From: Stegostoma tigrinum
Taxonomy: Eukaryota
Length of the DNA stretch: 64,000 bases
Assembly: GCF_030684315.1 (NCBI RefSeq)
Contig: NC_081376.1
Location: forward strand, 19,759,018 to 19,823,017
Reading direction: 5' to 3'
Shown: one piece after another, positions 39,920-51,847 of the stretch
Layout of the letters: each line of letters starts with the position of its first letter
Position numbering within the stretch: position 1 is the stretch's first letter
Translations under genes and position numbers: made by a program
Notes under the pieces: generated by a model
What the model was told of the DNA's origin: nothing
The model's database searches: none
What the model saw: only the letters and a program-made list of their open reading frames with translations

Positions 39920-39953
39920 GCTGACGTTTCGGGCCTAGACCCTTCATCAGAGA
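39920..39953 (-). ncRNA. Minimal hammerhead motif (sense to the MAD1L1 pre-mRNA)
   Basis: ucu-CUGAUGA-a-ggguc-ua-ggccc-GAAA-c-GUC-agc within the Penelope terminal fragment 39858-40094 (TSD GGAAAATAGT). Confidence 0.65.
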
Positions 39954-41647
39954 GGGGGACGGGGAGAGGATTCTGAAATAAACAGGGAGAGAGGGGGAGG
40001 TGGACCAAAGATGGAGAGAAAAGAAGATAGGTGGAGAGGTAGGAAGGGGATAGGTCAGTCCAGGGAGGACGGACAGGTCAAGGAGGCAGGATGAGGAAAA
40101 TAGTGACAGGATTACATAAGCACAGCATGGATTTATGTTTGACAAATTTACTAGAATTTTTCAAGGATTTAACTCAATGTTGATAAAGGGGAGCCGGTGG
40201 ATGGGGCTTACTTCAACCTTCAGAAGGTCTTCAATAAGGTTCCACATAACAGATTAAACTCAAATCTTGTCATACTGACATGAATAAAGAACTAATTGGG
40301 AAACAGGAAACAAAGAGTAGGAATAAACAAATATTTCTTCATGCAGCAATCGATGATTAGTGGGGCAGCACAGGGATCAACTCATGAACCCCAACCATTC
40401 ACAGGGGAGGTGATGGCCAAGTGGTGTCATCACTGGACTGTTAATCCAGAGGCCCAGACAACATTCTGGGACCGGGATTTGAATCCCACCATGGCAGATG
40501 GTGGAATTCAAATTCCATAAAATACCTGGAATTAACAATCTAATGATGACCATGAAATGATTGTTGATTATTGGGAAAAACCTATCTAGATCACAAACGT
40601 CCTTCAGAGAAGGCAACTGTCATCCTTACCTGGTCTGGCTACATATACAACTCCAGACCTGTAATATGGTTAACTCTAAACTGCCCTCTGGGCAATTAGG
40701 GATGGGCAATAAATGCTACCTGATCAGAGATGCCCTCATCCCATTAATGAAGTCTGAAAACAGTCACAACATACATTAATGTTTTACATGCAGGAACTAA
40801 ATACAATATCTCCAAGTGTGCAGACAATGCTAAGTTGGGTGATAGGGTTAACAGTGAGAAGGATGCAGAGATTTGGCCAAGTGGAGTGGGCAAATTCATG
40901 GCAGATGAAGTATAATATGCATGTGAGGTTATCTACTTAGTAGCAAAAACAGAGGAAACAAGACCCGCATGTACTTGCACTCCAGTTGCTGAAAGCAAGC
41001 ATGCAGGTGCAACAGGTGGTGAGGAAGGCAAACGGTATATATGCCTTCATTGTGAGAGGATTCAAGTACAGGAGCAAGGGTGTCTTACTGCAGTTGAACA
41101 GGGCCTTCGTGAGACCACATTGGAGTACTGTGTGCAGTTTTGGTCTCCTTATCGGAAGAAGTGCAGAAAGGGCTTATCAAAGTGATTCCTGGGATGGCAG
41201 AATTGATATAAGAAGAGAGACTTAAATGGTAAGGACAATATTCATTATAGTTTACAGCAAAGATGGTGCATTTCATAATAGCCTATAAAATTCCAACAGG
41301 GCTAGGCAAGGTAAATGCAGGATGTCAGCAATGATCAGGATGTCCAGAACCAGAGGGGTCACAGGATAAGGATACAGGGGAGGCTATTTGGGACTGAGAA
41401 CAGGAGAAATGGTGAGCCTGTGGAATTCTCTGCCAAAGAAAGCCAAGGCCAAAACTTTGAATGCTTTCAAGAAGTTGTTATATTTAGTTCTTCGGGCTGA
41501 AGGGTTGAAAGGATATGGGGAGAAAGCAGGAACAGGGTACCAAGTTGGATTATCAGCCATAACCATATTGAATGGTCCAGCAAGTTCAAAGGGCCAAATT
41601 ATGTACTCCTACATTGATTTTCTATGTTTCTGTGACAATGTACTAAC

Positions 41648-41797
41648 CTGTATTCTCTGCTCGTACTGCAGCTGCAACATCCTAGAGACAGAGCTTGGCT
41701 CGCTAGTCCTGGGTAATGTAGCTGAACCTTCTGACAAAAAGTTGTTGAAGGAACGTAAAGTGGAGAAGACTGTGGTATTTTCACTTAGATCATCCAT
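41648..41797 (-). CDS. MAD1L1: MAD1L1 first coding exon (150 coding nt)
   Basis: Translates to MDDLSENTTVFSTLRSFNNFLSEGSATLPRTSEPSSVSRMLQLQYEQRIQ, matching the vertebrate MAD1 N-terminus (human MEDLGENTMVLSTLRSLNNFISQ). Upstream acceptor ttttttag/cag at about 41819/41816 (NAGNAG); donor CAG|gttagt, phase 0. Confidence 0.95.
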
Positions 41798-41899
41798 TCT
41801 GTCTCCTGCTTTGCAACTGCTAAAAAATACACGAAAACACATTGTTAGGGAAAATTCTTTTTCAAGAGATGAATATTACATAGCCACCATGATGTGGAG

Positions 41900-42255
41900 G
41901 TGGGCAAAGTTAGAAGTCACACAACATCAAGTTATAGTCCAAGTTTGTCTGGAATCACAAGATTTCGGAGCGCTGCGCCTTCATCAGGTAAAGTGTTTTT
42001 TTTAGAAGGATGAGTAGTGTGTCAACAGATTGAATAACAAGTCTTTGCAGGTGATCAAAAGTGTAAAACAGTGTGATTAAAATGTCAACAGCTGAATAAC
42101 AAGTGAAGGGATGACCTATGAACTGATTCATTGAGCAGTGAGATAACCACAAATAAATTTCACTTTACCAGACAAAGCAGCAGTATTCTCAAAGCTGGAG
42201 ATTTGAAATAAACCTGTTGGACCATAACCTGGTGTCATGTGACTTTCAACTTTGT
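41900..42255 (-). mobile_element. Third-family Penelope-like terminal repeat with inverted ends
   Basis: aaagttagaagtcacacaacatcaagttatagtccaag versus ttggaccataacctggtgtcatgtgactttcaacttt (inverted). The minus strand has CTGATGA-aggcgcagcgctcc-GAAA at about 41960-41990. Confidence 0.6.
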
Positions 42256-43787
42256 TAAGAAGTATTTTCATCATTGAAATATTACCCCATGCCAGTCAAA
42301 GCCACAAAGCTGATTTTCTGACAGCTCTTCAACTACCAGGAACTATACAAATGGAGCATGTATTTGGTTATTGATAGTGCTGCTTTCTTGTACACTCAGA
42401 CTAAGAGATTCAAGAATCTGCCTTCTTCTCAGCACAGAATTAGAAACGAAAATAAAATTCCCAGCAGAAACGGGAAGACAGGGGCACAGAGACTGTAGCA
42501 TAATTTTGGATGAGGAATTAAAGAAGGCTCTGTCTGTCCTTTCAGATGGATGTAAAAGATTCCATTGCACCATTTTGAGGAAGACAGGGAGTGCACCCTC
42601 TTGTCCGGGACCAAAAAAAAGCTTATCCTTCATTCAACATCATTCCAAGGATGATCTAGTCATCAACCTGAATGGAGGGATCGTCCTAGGAGAAAGATGA
42701 AATACATTGGGTTTTGTTCTCTGGAATTGAGTAAATCGAGAGGTGATCTCATTCAAACATACAAAATTCTTACACGAACCAACAGGAAGAATGCTACCCT
42801 TGGCTACAGGATCTAGAGCCAGAACATAGGCTCAGATTAACAGGCAGGTCATTTTGGACTGAGATAAGCAGGAATTTCTTCACTCAGAGGGTGGTGAATC
42901 TTTGGAATTCTCTGCCATACATAGCCGTGGAGGCTCAGTTCTTGGGTATGTCCAAGACTGTAATTGATAAAGGCTGTAACTCTGTAATGCAGCAGCCTCA
43001 AGACTACCCTTTGCCACACCAAAGAATTTGCCAGACTACAGAAAGTCACATGTGCAAAACTCTCCCCAAGATCCTGTCCTGTGCCATTCCCTCACATCAA
43101 GACCAAAGGCGCACATTTGGCTTATCCATCTGCTCTCTTTGGCCACCTCATCTGCTGAAATTCTTGAGAAGGATGCAGTGATGGTGCTGAAAAGGTCAAC
43201 TGTGAGGAAGTACTTCAGAATACTGCACCTCCTGATGGAGCTCTGAGAGGGAGGAGGCGATTTAACCACGACACTAATAAACCTGGCATCTGGCTGGCAG
43301 TCAATCCAGTTAGTAATGACTATTCCCCGTGTAAATAACAATAAATCATTTGTTGCTGACTACTAATGTTTTAAAATAACCCTCAAAAATGACAGGAGTG
43401 ACTTTAACTGGAAATATTCAAGTGTCAGACCATAGCGGCTATCAGGTTTAGGCAGGGCTAGATAAGGGATGTACAATCAGTCATGAAAGCACCAAGGGAT
43501 ACAGTAATAGTGCAGGAAAATTATGAAGAAGTCCAAAGCTAGCCATGATCACACTGAATAGCACAACAGACTTGCAGGGTTGCATGGCCTACTCCTGCTC
43601 CTAAATGTGCTCCAATGTACTTCTGTTCTTATCTAATAAATACGAATATTTCTAATCTTCTCAGCTTTGGGCATGACTTGATCTTGAATAAAAATTTTAA
43701 CCCACTCAAGACCTGTAGAGAGTATCCTGAAACAAAAAAAAGTTAGTTTGTAAGCTATGTGACAGCAGTGAACACCATATTTGAATT

Positions 43788-43938
43788 CAGAGATAGTAGG
43801 AACTGCCGATGCTGGAGAATCTGAGATAACAAGGTGAAGAGCCGGATGAACACAGCAGGCCAAGCAGCATCAGAGGAGCAGGAAAGCTGACATTTCGGGC
43901 CTAGACCCTTCTTCAGAAAAACTCCTTATTGAAAAATT
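43788..43938 (-). mobile_element. Short Penelope terminal insertion
   Basis: Same family as 54650-54780; 13-bp TSD CCATATTTGAATT (43775-43787, 43939-43951). Confidence 0.8.
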
Positions 43939-44094
43939 CCATATTTGAATTTAAAGTTTTCAACAATCCTGTTCAGTGCTTTCCCATACAATGGTGCAGC
44001 TATGATCAGAGATTAGTTGAGATGGTAAAAAGGTACACCTTGTTTGTGGTCAATTTTAATTATACTATACTTTAAAACCATTAAACAACTACAC

Positions 44095-44860
44095 AACCCA
44101 CTGACTCTGTTCCACCATTCAACGAGATCGTGGTCGATCTGATAATCTAGCTCCATTTTCCTGCCTGATATCCATAACCCTTCATTCCCTTACTAATTAA
44201 AAACCTAACAAAGCCTAGAATATACTACATGTCCCAGCCTCAATAGCCCTCCATAGCAATGAATTCCATAGATTCACTGTCCTCAGAGAAAAAGTTTCTC
44301 CTCATCTTCATTTTAAACAGATGATCCTTTACTCTCAAATTTTGCATTCTGGTCCTGGAATCTCCCACAAAAACAATCTCTCCACACCTACTCTGTCAAG
44401 TCCCTCTGAATGAGTAAAAGTCCAAAGTACTCAGTCTCTTGGAAGAAACTCTCTCCATACCCAGGATCAACCGAGTAAACCTGCTCAGACTGCCTCCAAT
44501 GCCAGTATATCTTTCCAATACAAGGGGACCAAAACTGTTCCACTGTCTTCCCCATTACCTGTCAATTGTGGATGCTAGCTTTTTGTGATTCAAGTACAAA
44601 GATTCCCAAATCCCTCAGTGCTATAGCATTTTGCAATCGCTCTCTATTTAACTAAATATCCAGCTCTTCTATCTTCCTGCCAAATTGAGAGACTTCATAC
44701 TCTCCAGCGTTACATTTTGCCCATGCACTCAACCTATATTTGTTCTGCAGACTCCATCATTCTCATTACTTGCAGCCCCACCTATTTTTATGTCATCCAG
44801 AAACGTGGCAATACCAAATTCACTTTTGTCATTCATGTCATTAATAAATATAATTGTGGC
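44095..44860 (-). mobile_element. Degraded CR1 3' fragment
   Basis: Reverse CR1 tail and RT C-terminal remnants, similar to 30335-30900. Further CR1 tail fragments lie at about 42690-42970 (+), 46580-47000 (-) and 55862-56207 (-). Confidence 0.75.
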
Positions 44861-45674
44861 TTTCTACTAGATCTATCCATTCAGTGATCCAAAGTGGATC
44901 TTTATTGACTAAACGTATTCCTACTGTTCTTCTAAAGGTGTGGCTCACTTGGCAGCATTCTCACCTCTGAATTACAAGATTCTGGGTTCAGATTTCCAAC
45001 TTCAGGGTTTGAACACAAAAAAAAATCAAGGTTGACACTCTAGAAAAGTAGAGGATTACTGCATTGTTGACTTGCTGTCTTTCCTGAAATGTTAAACAGA
45101 AGCCCCAGCTGTCTGTTTTGTTGATGTGAAAGATCCCATGGCACTATTTCAGACAGCAACACAAGCATTATCCCCGGTCTTGGTAAATCTTCATCCCTCA
45201 AATCAAAATTACAAAAAAAGTGACGACCTGCGCCACTATCAGGTTCTTTACCGTGTGCAAACTTTTTGTTGTTTCCACTGACAATTAGAACACTTCACTG
45301 GTTCTATAGTGCTTTGAGACGTCCAGTGGTCGTGTGAAACGCTATAAATTTGTTAAAGGAATGGCATTTTTACAGGTACTGTCATTTATCAGCATTTCCT
45401 CATCGTTCGCAGTCTACTCAACCATATTAAGGTTCTCAGTTGTGAATGCTGCTCTCATCAGCCAATGTGGGAGTGGACGCATGTGTTTAAGAATCGGAAG
45501 CAAGGACCCATGGCACATCCGAGGGGCACAAACAGGCATTCTCCCTTTCACATCAGACAACTCAGTCCACAACAGATTCCAATCTGCGATGTTTCTGGTC
45601 TCTAACTGGATAACTTCACGAGCCATAAAGGAAGCCCTTGGAACACGGTTTCATGGCACAACGGCTAATAACAC

Positions 45675-45813
45675 GCGAATAATATACGGCTAAGAAGGGT
45701 CCAGACCCGAAACGTCAGCGTTCCTGCTCCTCTGATGCTGCTTGGCCTGCTGTGTTCATCCCACTGTACACCTTGTTATCTCAGACTCCAGCATCTGTGG
45801 TTCCCATTATCCC
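45675..45813 (+). mobile_element. Short Penelope terminal insertion
   Basis: Same family; TSD CGGCTAATAACAC (45662-45674, 45814-45826). Confidence 0.8.
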
Positions 45814-45879
45814 CGGCTAATAACACTCGCTTTTTGGCGGATGTTAGAAGTCACAAGCTTTTATTAAACACTTTCCTGC

Positions 45880-46290
45880 AGAAACAGGTGCAACGCCCGA
45901 GAGTCAGAGAGAAAAGGGGGTAAGAGGAGGAACAGCACCCGAGAGGAACACTCAGCCACTAGGTGTGAACATCCTCTGGGGAGCCCGCCACCACAGTCTG
46001 TCCGAAACTAAATTAACTCTCCTGAAGCGGTCCTGTCGCCGCCACTACCGGCTCAAGCCCCAGCCTGCAACTGTATTAACGGGGGACACCCGGCCTGCAG
46101 CCTTACTGCTGGGGGTGGCGGCCTGGAGCTTTATTAACGGGAATCCCCCGGCCTTAAGCACTGACCTGCCGGCCGCTCTCCGCTTGGATCTCCCTCCTCT
46201 CCCCGGATCTCGCGAGATCGCCAGCCTTGTTGGGGGAGGCGGGGCCAACCTCCTACCGCTCTCCTTGTAATAGAAGCGCACACCTTTCTT
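45880..46290 (-). promoter_or_regulatory. MAD1L1: CpG-rich MAD1L1 promoter and probable non-coding exon 1 (donor CAG|gtcagt at 46166)
   Basis: Local GC/CpG enrichment in a CpG-poor background. TCTCGCGAGA (BANP-type CGCG element) lies inside the 14-bp palindrome 46206-46219, with GC box GGGGAGGCGGGGC at about 46232-46244 and a strong minus-strand donor 40 bp downstream. Confidence 0.7.
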
Positions 46291-48349
46291 CACCCCCTCG
46301 AAATGTTAAATGTTTCTCTCTGTGCAGATGCTGCCAGACCTGCTGAGATTAACCAGCAATTTCTATTTATGTTTCTGCTTCTCCCTCTACAGGTGCTGCC
46401 AGAAGTGCTGAGTTTCCCGGCGATTTCTGTTTTTGCACCCAAGAGACTGGCAGTGTTTCTGCCAGATCAGCCTCCACCTGTTCCTTTCGGTACAAAAGTC
46501 TATTCCTCTCATCCTTCAGTGCATGTGGCACTCGTTTAATTCCTTGTGGGCGCACATCCCACGTTTTGTCTCTGGACATAGAATGGTACAGTTTAGGAGG
46601 GTATTCGGATCACCACGCCGTACCAGCTCTCCATAAGAGCCACTAAGTGAGGCTGCTCCTCTGCTTTCTCCCATATCCCTGAAAACTATTTCTCAATTGT
46701 CCAATTCCCCTTTGAAGTCACAATTGAATTTGCCTCCACCACACTCGCAGTTAGGGCATTCCAGGTCCTCACCATTCACTGTCTAAAAAGGTTCGTATTC
46801 ACGGCGCCTTTGCTTTATATGCTGATTATCGCACATCTAGTTCAGGGTAGTTCCAATGGGATATTTTTCTCCCTCTCTGTCTTGGCCTCTCATGATTATG
46901 AACATCTCAAACAAACCTCCTCTCAACTTTGAATAATCTTTGTTTTACCATTCTTTCCACTTAACTAAAGTATCTCAACTCAGGACCTTTCTGAAAGGAA
47001 CAGAATTTCAATCCCCAAGTTTGCTCTCTCATTCAATTAGATTATGATCTATTTCTTAATTAGGTTATCTACCTAATATCCTTGTCAAACAAATGTTTAA
47101 TCAGGAACAGTTTATAAATTTCCAGTTGTCCCTCATCATCATTAACTTTTTTAGTGCTCCATATTACATTCTGTAATGTGTGGAAAAAGTCCTTCCTGGC
47201 ATCATCTTTCAACATACTAGTTCCAGTCTGTTCTGGACTGTCCACCAAGGAAATTGTTCTTCTCCATTTACACTTTCAAAACCTTTAACACCACAAATAA
47301 GCTGGTCCCTTAATTTCCTTCTGTCTAGAATACAAACGCATTCAATCTGTCATCATAACTGAGACATTTTAGCCTGTGTCATCTTGGCAAATCCAAACTG
47401 TTTAAGAGATACCCAGAACAGAAAACAGTACTTCAGCTGTAGTCTAAGCAAAGGTTTGTACAACTGCAGCCTAACTTTATATCTGGATATGAGTTTCATT
47501 GGCAAGTTATTGTTGCTCATCCCGAACTGCACACAAAATGATGGTGAGCCATTTCGTTAGGGCACTAGAGTCTTACATTGAAGGTGTATGCACAGTGCAC
47601 TTAGGAAAGTAGTTACAGTTTTCTTTTAAAATCCAGCAGGAATGAAGGAATGGAGATATAGTTCCAAGCCAGAATGATGTGTGGACTGGAGGTACCCGTA
47701 GGTACCTGTGCTCCCATACTTCAGAAGTCCTTGGCCTTCTAGGTGGTATTTGAAAGAAGTTATCAAAGTTACTACCATGCATCTTGCACATGGTACAGAC
47801 ACCATTCATCAGTAGTGGGGCAGTGAACATTTAAGATAATGGATGAGATGTTGATCAAGTTGGGCTACTTTGTTCTGGATGATGTTGCGGGAATCCACTC
47901 TTTTGAGAGACATGAGGCTTTATTTGAATGACAAAACGCAAAAAGCCAAGTATGTTACTACATTTTTAGAAAAGATATTTCATACAAATTCTATATTTGT
48001 GTATTGGTACATTTTCCAGCATTAGAATACATTGTGATTCAAATTTTGAAAACAAAATGATGCTTTAATGGATTACAGATATTTCAAACATTGAAGAAAA
48101 GTTTTTTGTTAGAATTATATATGATTTTTGTACTGTCAGGATTACACAGCTGAATTACACAGTTTCCATTGCTGAACAAGAAAATGGTTTAAGTTCACAT
48201 AAATAATAAAGCAAAAATGCATATAGCATTAAAAAAGATGCAGTATAGAGACACTGAATAGCTTTGAGGAGCCATGAAGTTTTTTAATAGCCTAACAAAG
48301 TAATTTTGTAGTTGTAATAAGGAAAGGATACAGCACATTTGTGGTTTGG

Positions 48350-48680
48350 GGAGACATTAGCCTAGCAGTATTATCAATGGACTGTTAATCCAGAGACCCA
48401 TGTAATGACCTGGGAACGCTGGTTCAAATCCCACCATAGCAGATGGTGCAATTTGAATTCAATAAAATTCTGGAATTAAGAGACTAATGATGACTCTGAA
48501 ACTGTTGTCAGGAAAAAAGAAAATCTGGTTCACTAATGTACTTAAGGGAAGGAATCTGCCATCCTTTTCTGTTCTGGCCTACATTTGTTTCCAGACCCAC
48601 AGCAATGTGGTTGACTCAAATGGGGATGGGTTATAAACATTGGCGTAGTCAGCAATGCCCTCATCTTATGAATGAAAAAC
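48350..48680 (+). mobile_element. tRNA-derived SINE
   Basis: A/B-box head (ggttcaaatccc) and a body shared with copies at about 6845-7170 (+), 29860-30192 (-), 40404-40770 (+), 49165-49525 (-) and 57680-57930 (+). Confidence 0.8.
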
Positions 48681-49164
48681 AAAATGAACAGAGGTCCTAC
48701 GAACAACAATGCAAGCTGTTCATTGATTAAATGTTGGCCAGGACCCTACCAATTTTTTTTTTGAAAAATCCCACATGATCTTTTACATTCTAATTGGACA
48801 GATGCAGTGTCCCTTTCATGGCTATTCAAAAGGTAGAACCTTCAACATGCAGAAGGACCTTACTGTGCACTGGGAGTATCAGCTTACACAGTGCACATTT
48901 CTGGAGGGTGAGATGAACTCATAACCTTCTGATACCTACGAACAGACGGTTGACTCCTAACATGCATCACTGTGCTCGAAGAACGCAGCGGGCCTGGCAG
49001 CAGAGAGAAATAGAGTTAATGTCTTCAATCCAGTAATGACACTATTGTAAAATCAAATTGGACTGCAAACATTAACTTTACTTTTCTCTCCACAGATGCT
49101 ACCAAACCTCTTGGCTTTCCCCAGAACTTTCAGCTTTTATCACAAAAGCAGTTTTTTTTTATTC

Positions 49165-49525
49165 TTTAAATCATTAACAGGATAAGGATGCCACTAGCTA
49201 GGCAGCACTTATTGTCCATTCCTAACTACCCCGAGGGCAGTTCAAAATCAACCACATTGCTGTGGTTCTGGAGTCACACGTAGACCAGACCAAGTAAGAA
49301 TGACAGTTTCCTTCCCTAAAGAACACGAGTGAACCAGTTGGGTTTTTTCCCCCCAACAAACGACAATGGATTCATGGCTATCCCTAAATTCTTAATTCCA
49401 AATATTTTACTGAATTCAAACCCAACCATCTGCCATGGCAGGATTTGAACCCTCTTCCCCAGAATGTTATCCGGGTCTTTGGATTTACAGTCCAGTCATA
49501 ATGCCAATAAGCTATTGCCACCCTC
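49165..49525 (-). mobile_element. tRNA-derived SINE, inverted relative to 48350-48680
   Basis: tcaaccacattgctgtgg and ccatctgccatggcaggatttgaacc are reverse complements of motifs in the 48350 copy. Confidence 0.8.
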
Positions 49526-49839
49526 AGAACTGTCTTTTCATTGTCATCTGGCTTTTTGTAGAAAGTTGCTCTGTGTAAATTTGCTGCCACATTTTCTACA
49601 TTACAACAACGATGACACTTCAAAAGCACAACTTTGTGATTTATAACAAAGGTTCAGTGGTCAGGACATTCTAGAAATGCATTTTTTTCCCACTCTAACC
49701 AAGTGGTGCACTGTCAGCCTGAGCATAAGGGGCAAAAGTTGATAGAAGGATAGGGAGTAAATGTAAATAAGCAAACTCTCTCAAAAATTGTTAGATTGCC
49801 ACAGAAATTTCCTTAAACATAAACAGTCACTCTGCACCA

Positions 49840-50264
49840 TCAACTTTTCCTGTAGTGCTTTGCTAAAAAGTAGATCTCTGATGACTCCTTCCTACTTGCA
49901 GCCAGCTTCAAAGTCTTCACATCTCTAAACAATTCTGAGAGTCTCTTTTGGATGAAGCGGCTGTTAGTGCCATCCCAGAATTTACAAAGCAAGGTGCCAC
50001 CAGGACTCAGGACCCTCCTGGCCAGTCCCACAACACACAAGCATAGCTCAGCCAGTTGCTGCTGGTCCAGTTCACGGATGCCACTGGCATTTGGTGCCAT
50101 ATCACTGAGGATCACCTCAGCCATTCCCGTTGGCAGGGATTTCTGGATTTGAGCTTGAATGGTGGGCTCCAGGAGATCAGAGTGAGGCAGGAACACAGCG
50201 CCATCAAGAGGGGCTATGTGTAATCGATCCACACCCACTACAAAACCCACAGGAGCGTCTGGAT
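49840..50264 (-). CDS. MRM2: MRM2/FTSJ2 mitochondrial rRNA 2'-O-methyltransferase, last exon (425 coding nt)
   Basis: (D)PDAPVGFVVGVDRLHIAPLDGA...VILSDMAPNASG...PGGTLLCKFW...SRKESSEIYFLA carries RrmJ/FtsJ motifs with catalytic D, K and E. Acceptor ttttccctatctccag|; TGA at 49840-49842. Confidence 0.96.
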
Positions 50265-51532
50265 CTGGAGATAGGGAAAAGGAAATCAATGGCACCAACA
50301 AAATAGAATAAATAAAGATAAGCATTTTATGTCTTGAAACTGGCTCCTTGGCCTATTCATTTCACTCCCTCCTCACCCAATATTTAGTTATGTTCCTTCA
50401 TGTAAAGCAACATTAGTTAAGACAAGGCACAATCCCAAACGTGTTTAACGATTTGTAATGATTAGTTTCTTTAATTTAACTGTCTCTTCTCAAGGATATA
50501 AAGTGCGAGCAATCTATAGGCTGGTACTTTAGCTAAGTGACATTCTTGAATGGGACATGGATAGAGGTGTTAAAGAGAAGTAACACTCACACCTAAAATT
50601 AAAATATCAATCAAGAAACTGAAGAAAAAAAAACTACAGACACTCCAATGCTGACTAGAAATCAACTACAAGCAGAAATTGGTCAGTCTTTTTAGAAAAT
50701 GCCAAAATAGATGCTTCTGAACAACAAAGTATCTTTATTGGAAAACAGCAATTGGTCAGGCCTTTCATTTCCTTACAATTGCTCCCTAACCCTTCCCTGC
50801 GTTGTTGGAGGTGCCATGTTCCAAATGAGGCATTAAACCCCATCTGCCCCCTTGAATGAATTTGAAAGATCCTATGCTATTATTCAATGAAGAGCACAGA
50901 ACTTCTCCCTGGGGTCTTCACCAAATCCTCAAACAAAACTTTTAGAAACAGATTATCTGGTCATTATCATATGACATACTGTTTACTACAAATTGGCCAT
51001 GTTTTCCATATCACAACAGTGGCTGCTCTTCAAAAAGTATTTCATTGGTTGGAAAGCATTTTGGAACTTTCTGAGCTAATGAAATACTGACATACTCCTG
51101 AGGATCCTATCAAAGTGCATCACATCCTTGGGAATCCCCTGCGATAAACAAAGTACAGCTGGGGATCAACCAGAAGTACTGGTACACTCCTGGAAAACCA
51201 CTGCTAATGCAAACACACTTCTCAAAACTCGCTAGACACACTTCTGGCGAACCCCAGCAGATATTTATACATTACCAGGACATGCCTGCAAAAACTGACA
51301 AACACCCTTGTCCCAAGTTCCAAAAGGCACTGCCAGAAATTCATTGCAAAAAAAAATGAATACTAACAGAAATAATGTGATATTAATTCAACAAAAAGAC
51401 TTAAAGAATTTAAATTAAAACAGTGTGCTTAAAACATCTGTGGCAAGTCTAAGGATAAGAATTTGGTCATGTGGTGCATCCCTAAGCCTTCGCTCCCATC
51501 GCAGATTTGATAACTTATATTGTAATATCTCA

Positions 51533-51847
<315 letters not shown>

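Larger units (their letters stand above)
35760..41630 (+). mobile_element. Old degraded CR1, host to several nested insertions
   Basis: Collinear ORF2 remnants at 35760-36055 and 39189-41630 (ORFs 39277, 40296 and 40986 are CR1-like), ending in a ttctatgtttct tail. Confidence 0.8.

Noticed and set aside
41388-42005. 205-aa plus-strand ORF
   Set aside because: A chimera of a CR1 tail, the antisense of a MAD1L1 exon and a Penelope repeat; no recognisable domain.
42970-43480. Insertion splitting a CR1 tail, possibly a solo LTR
   Set aside because: TG...CA ends are possible, but no matching TSD was found, so it is left unclassified.
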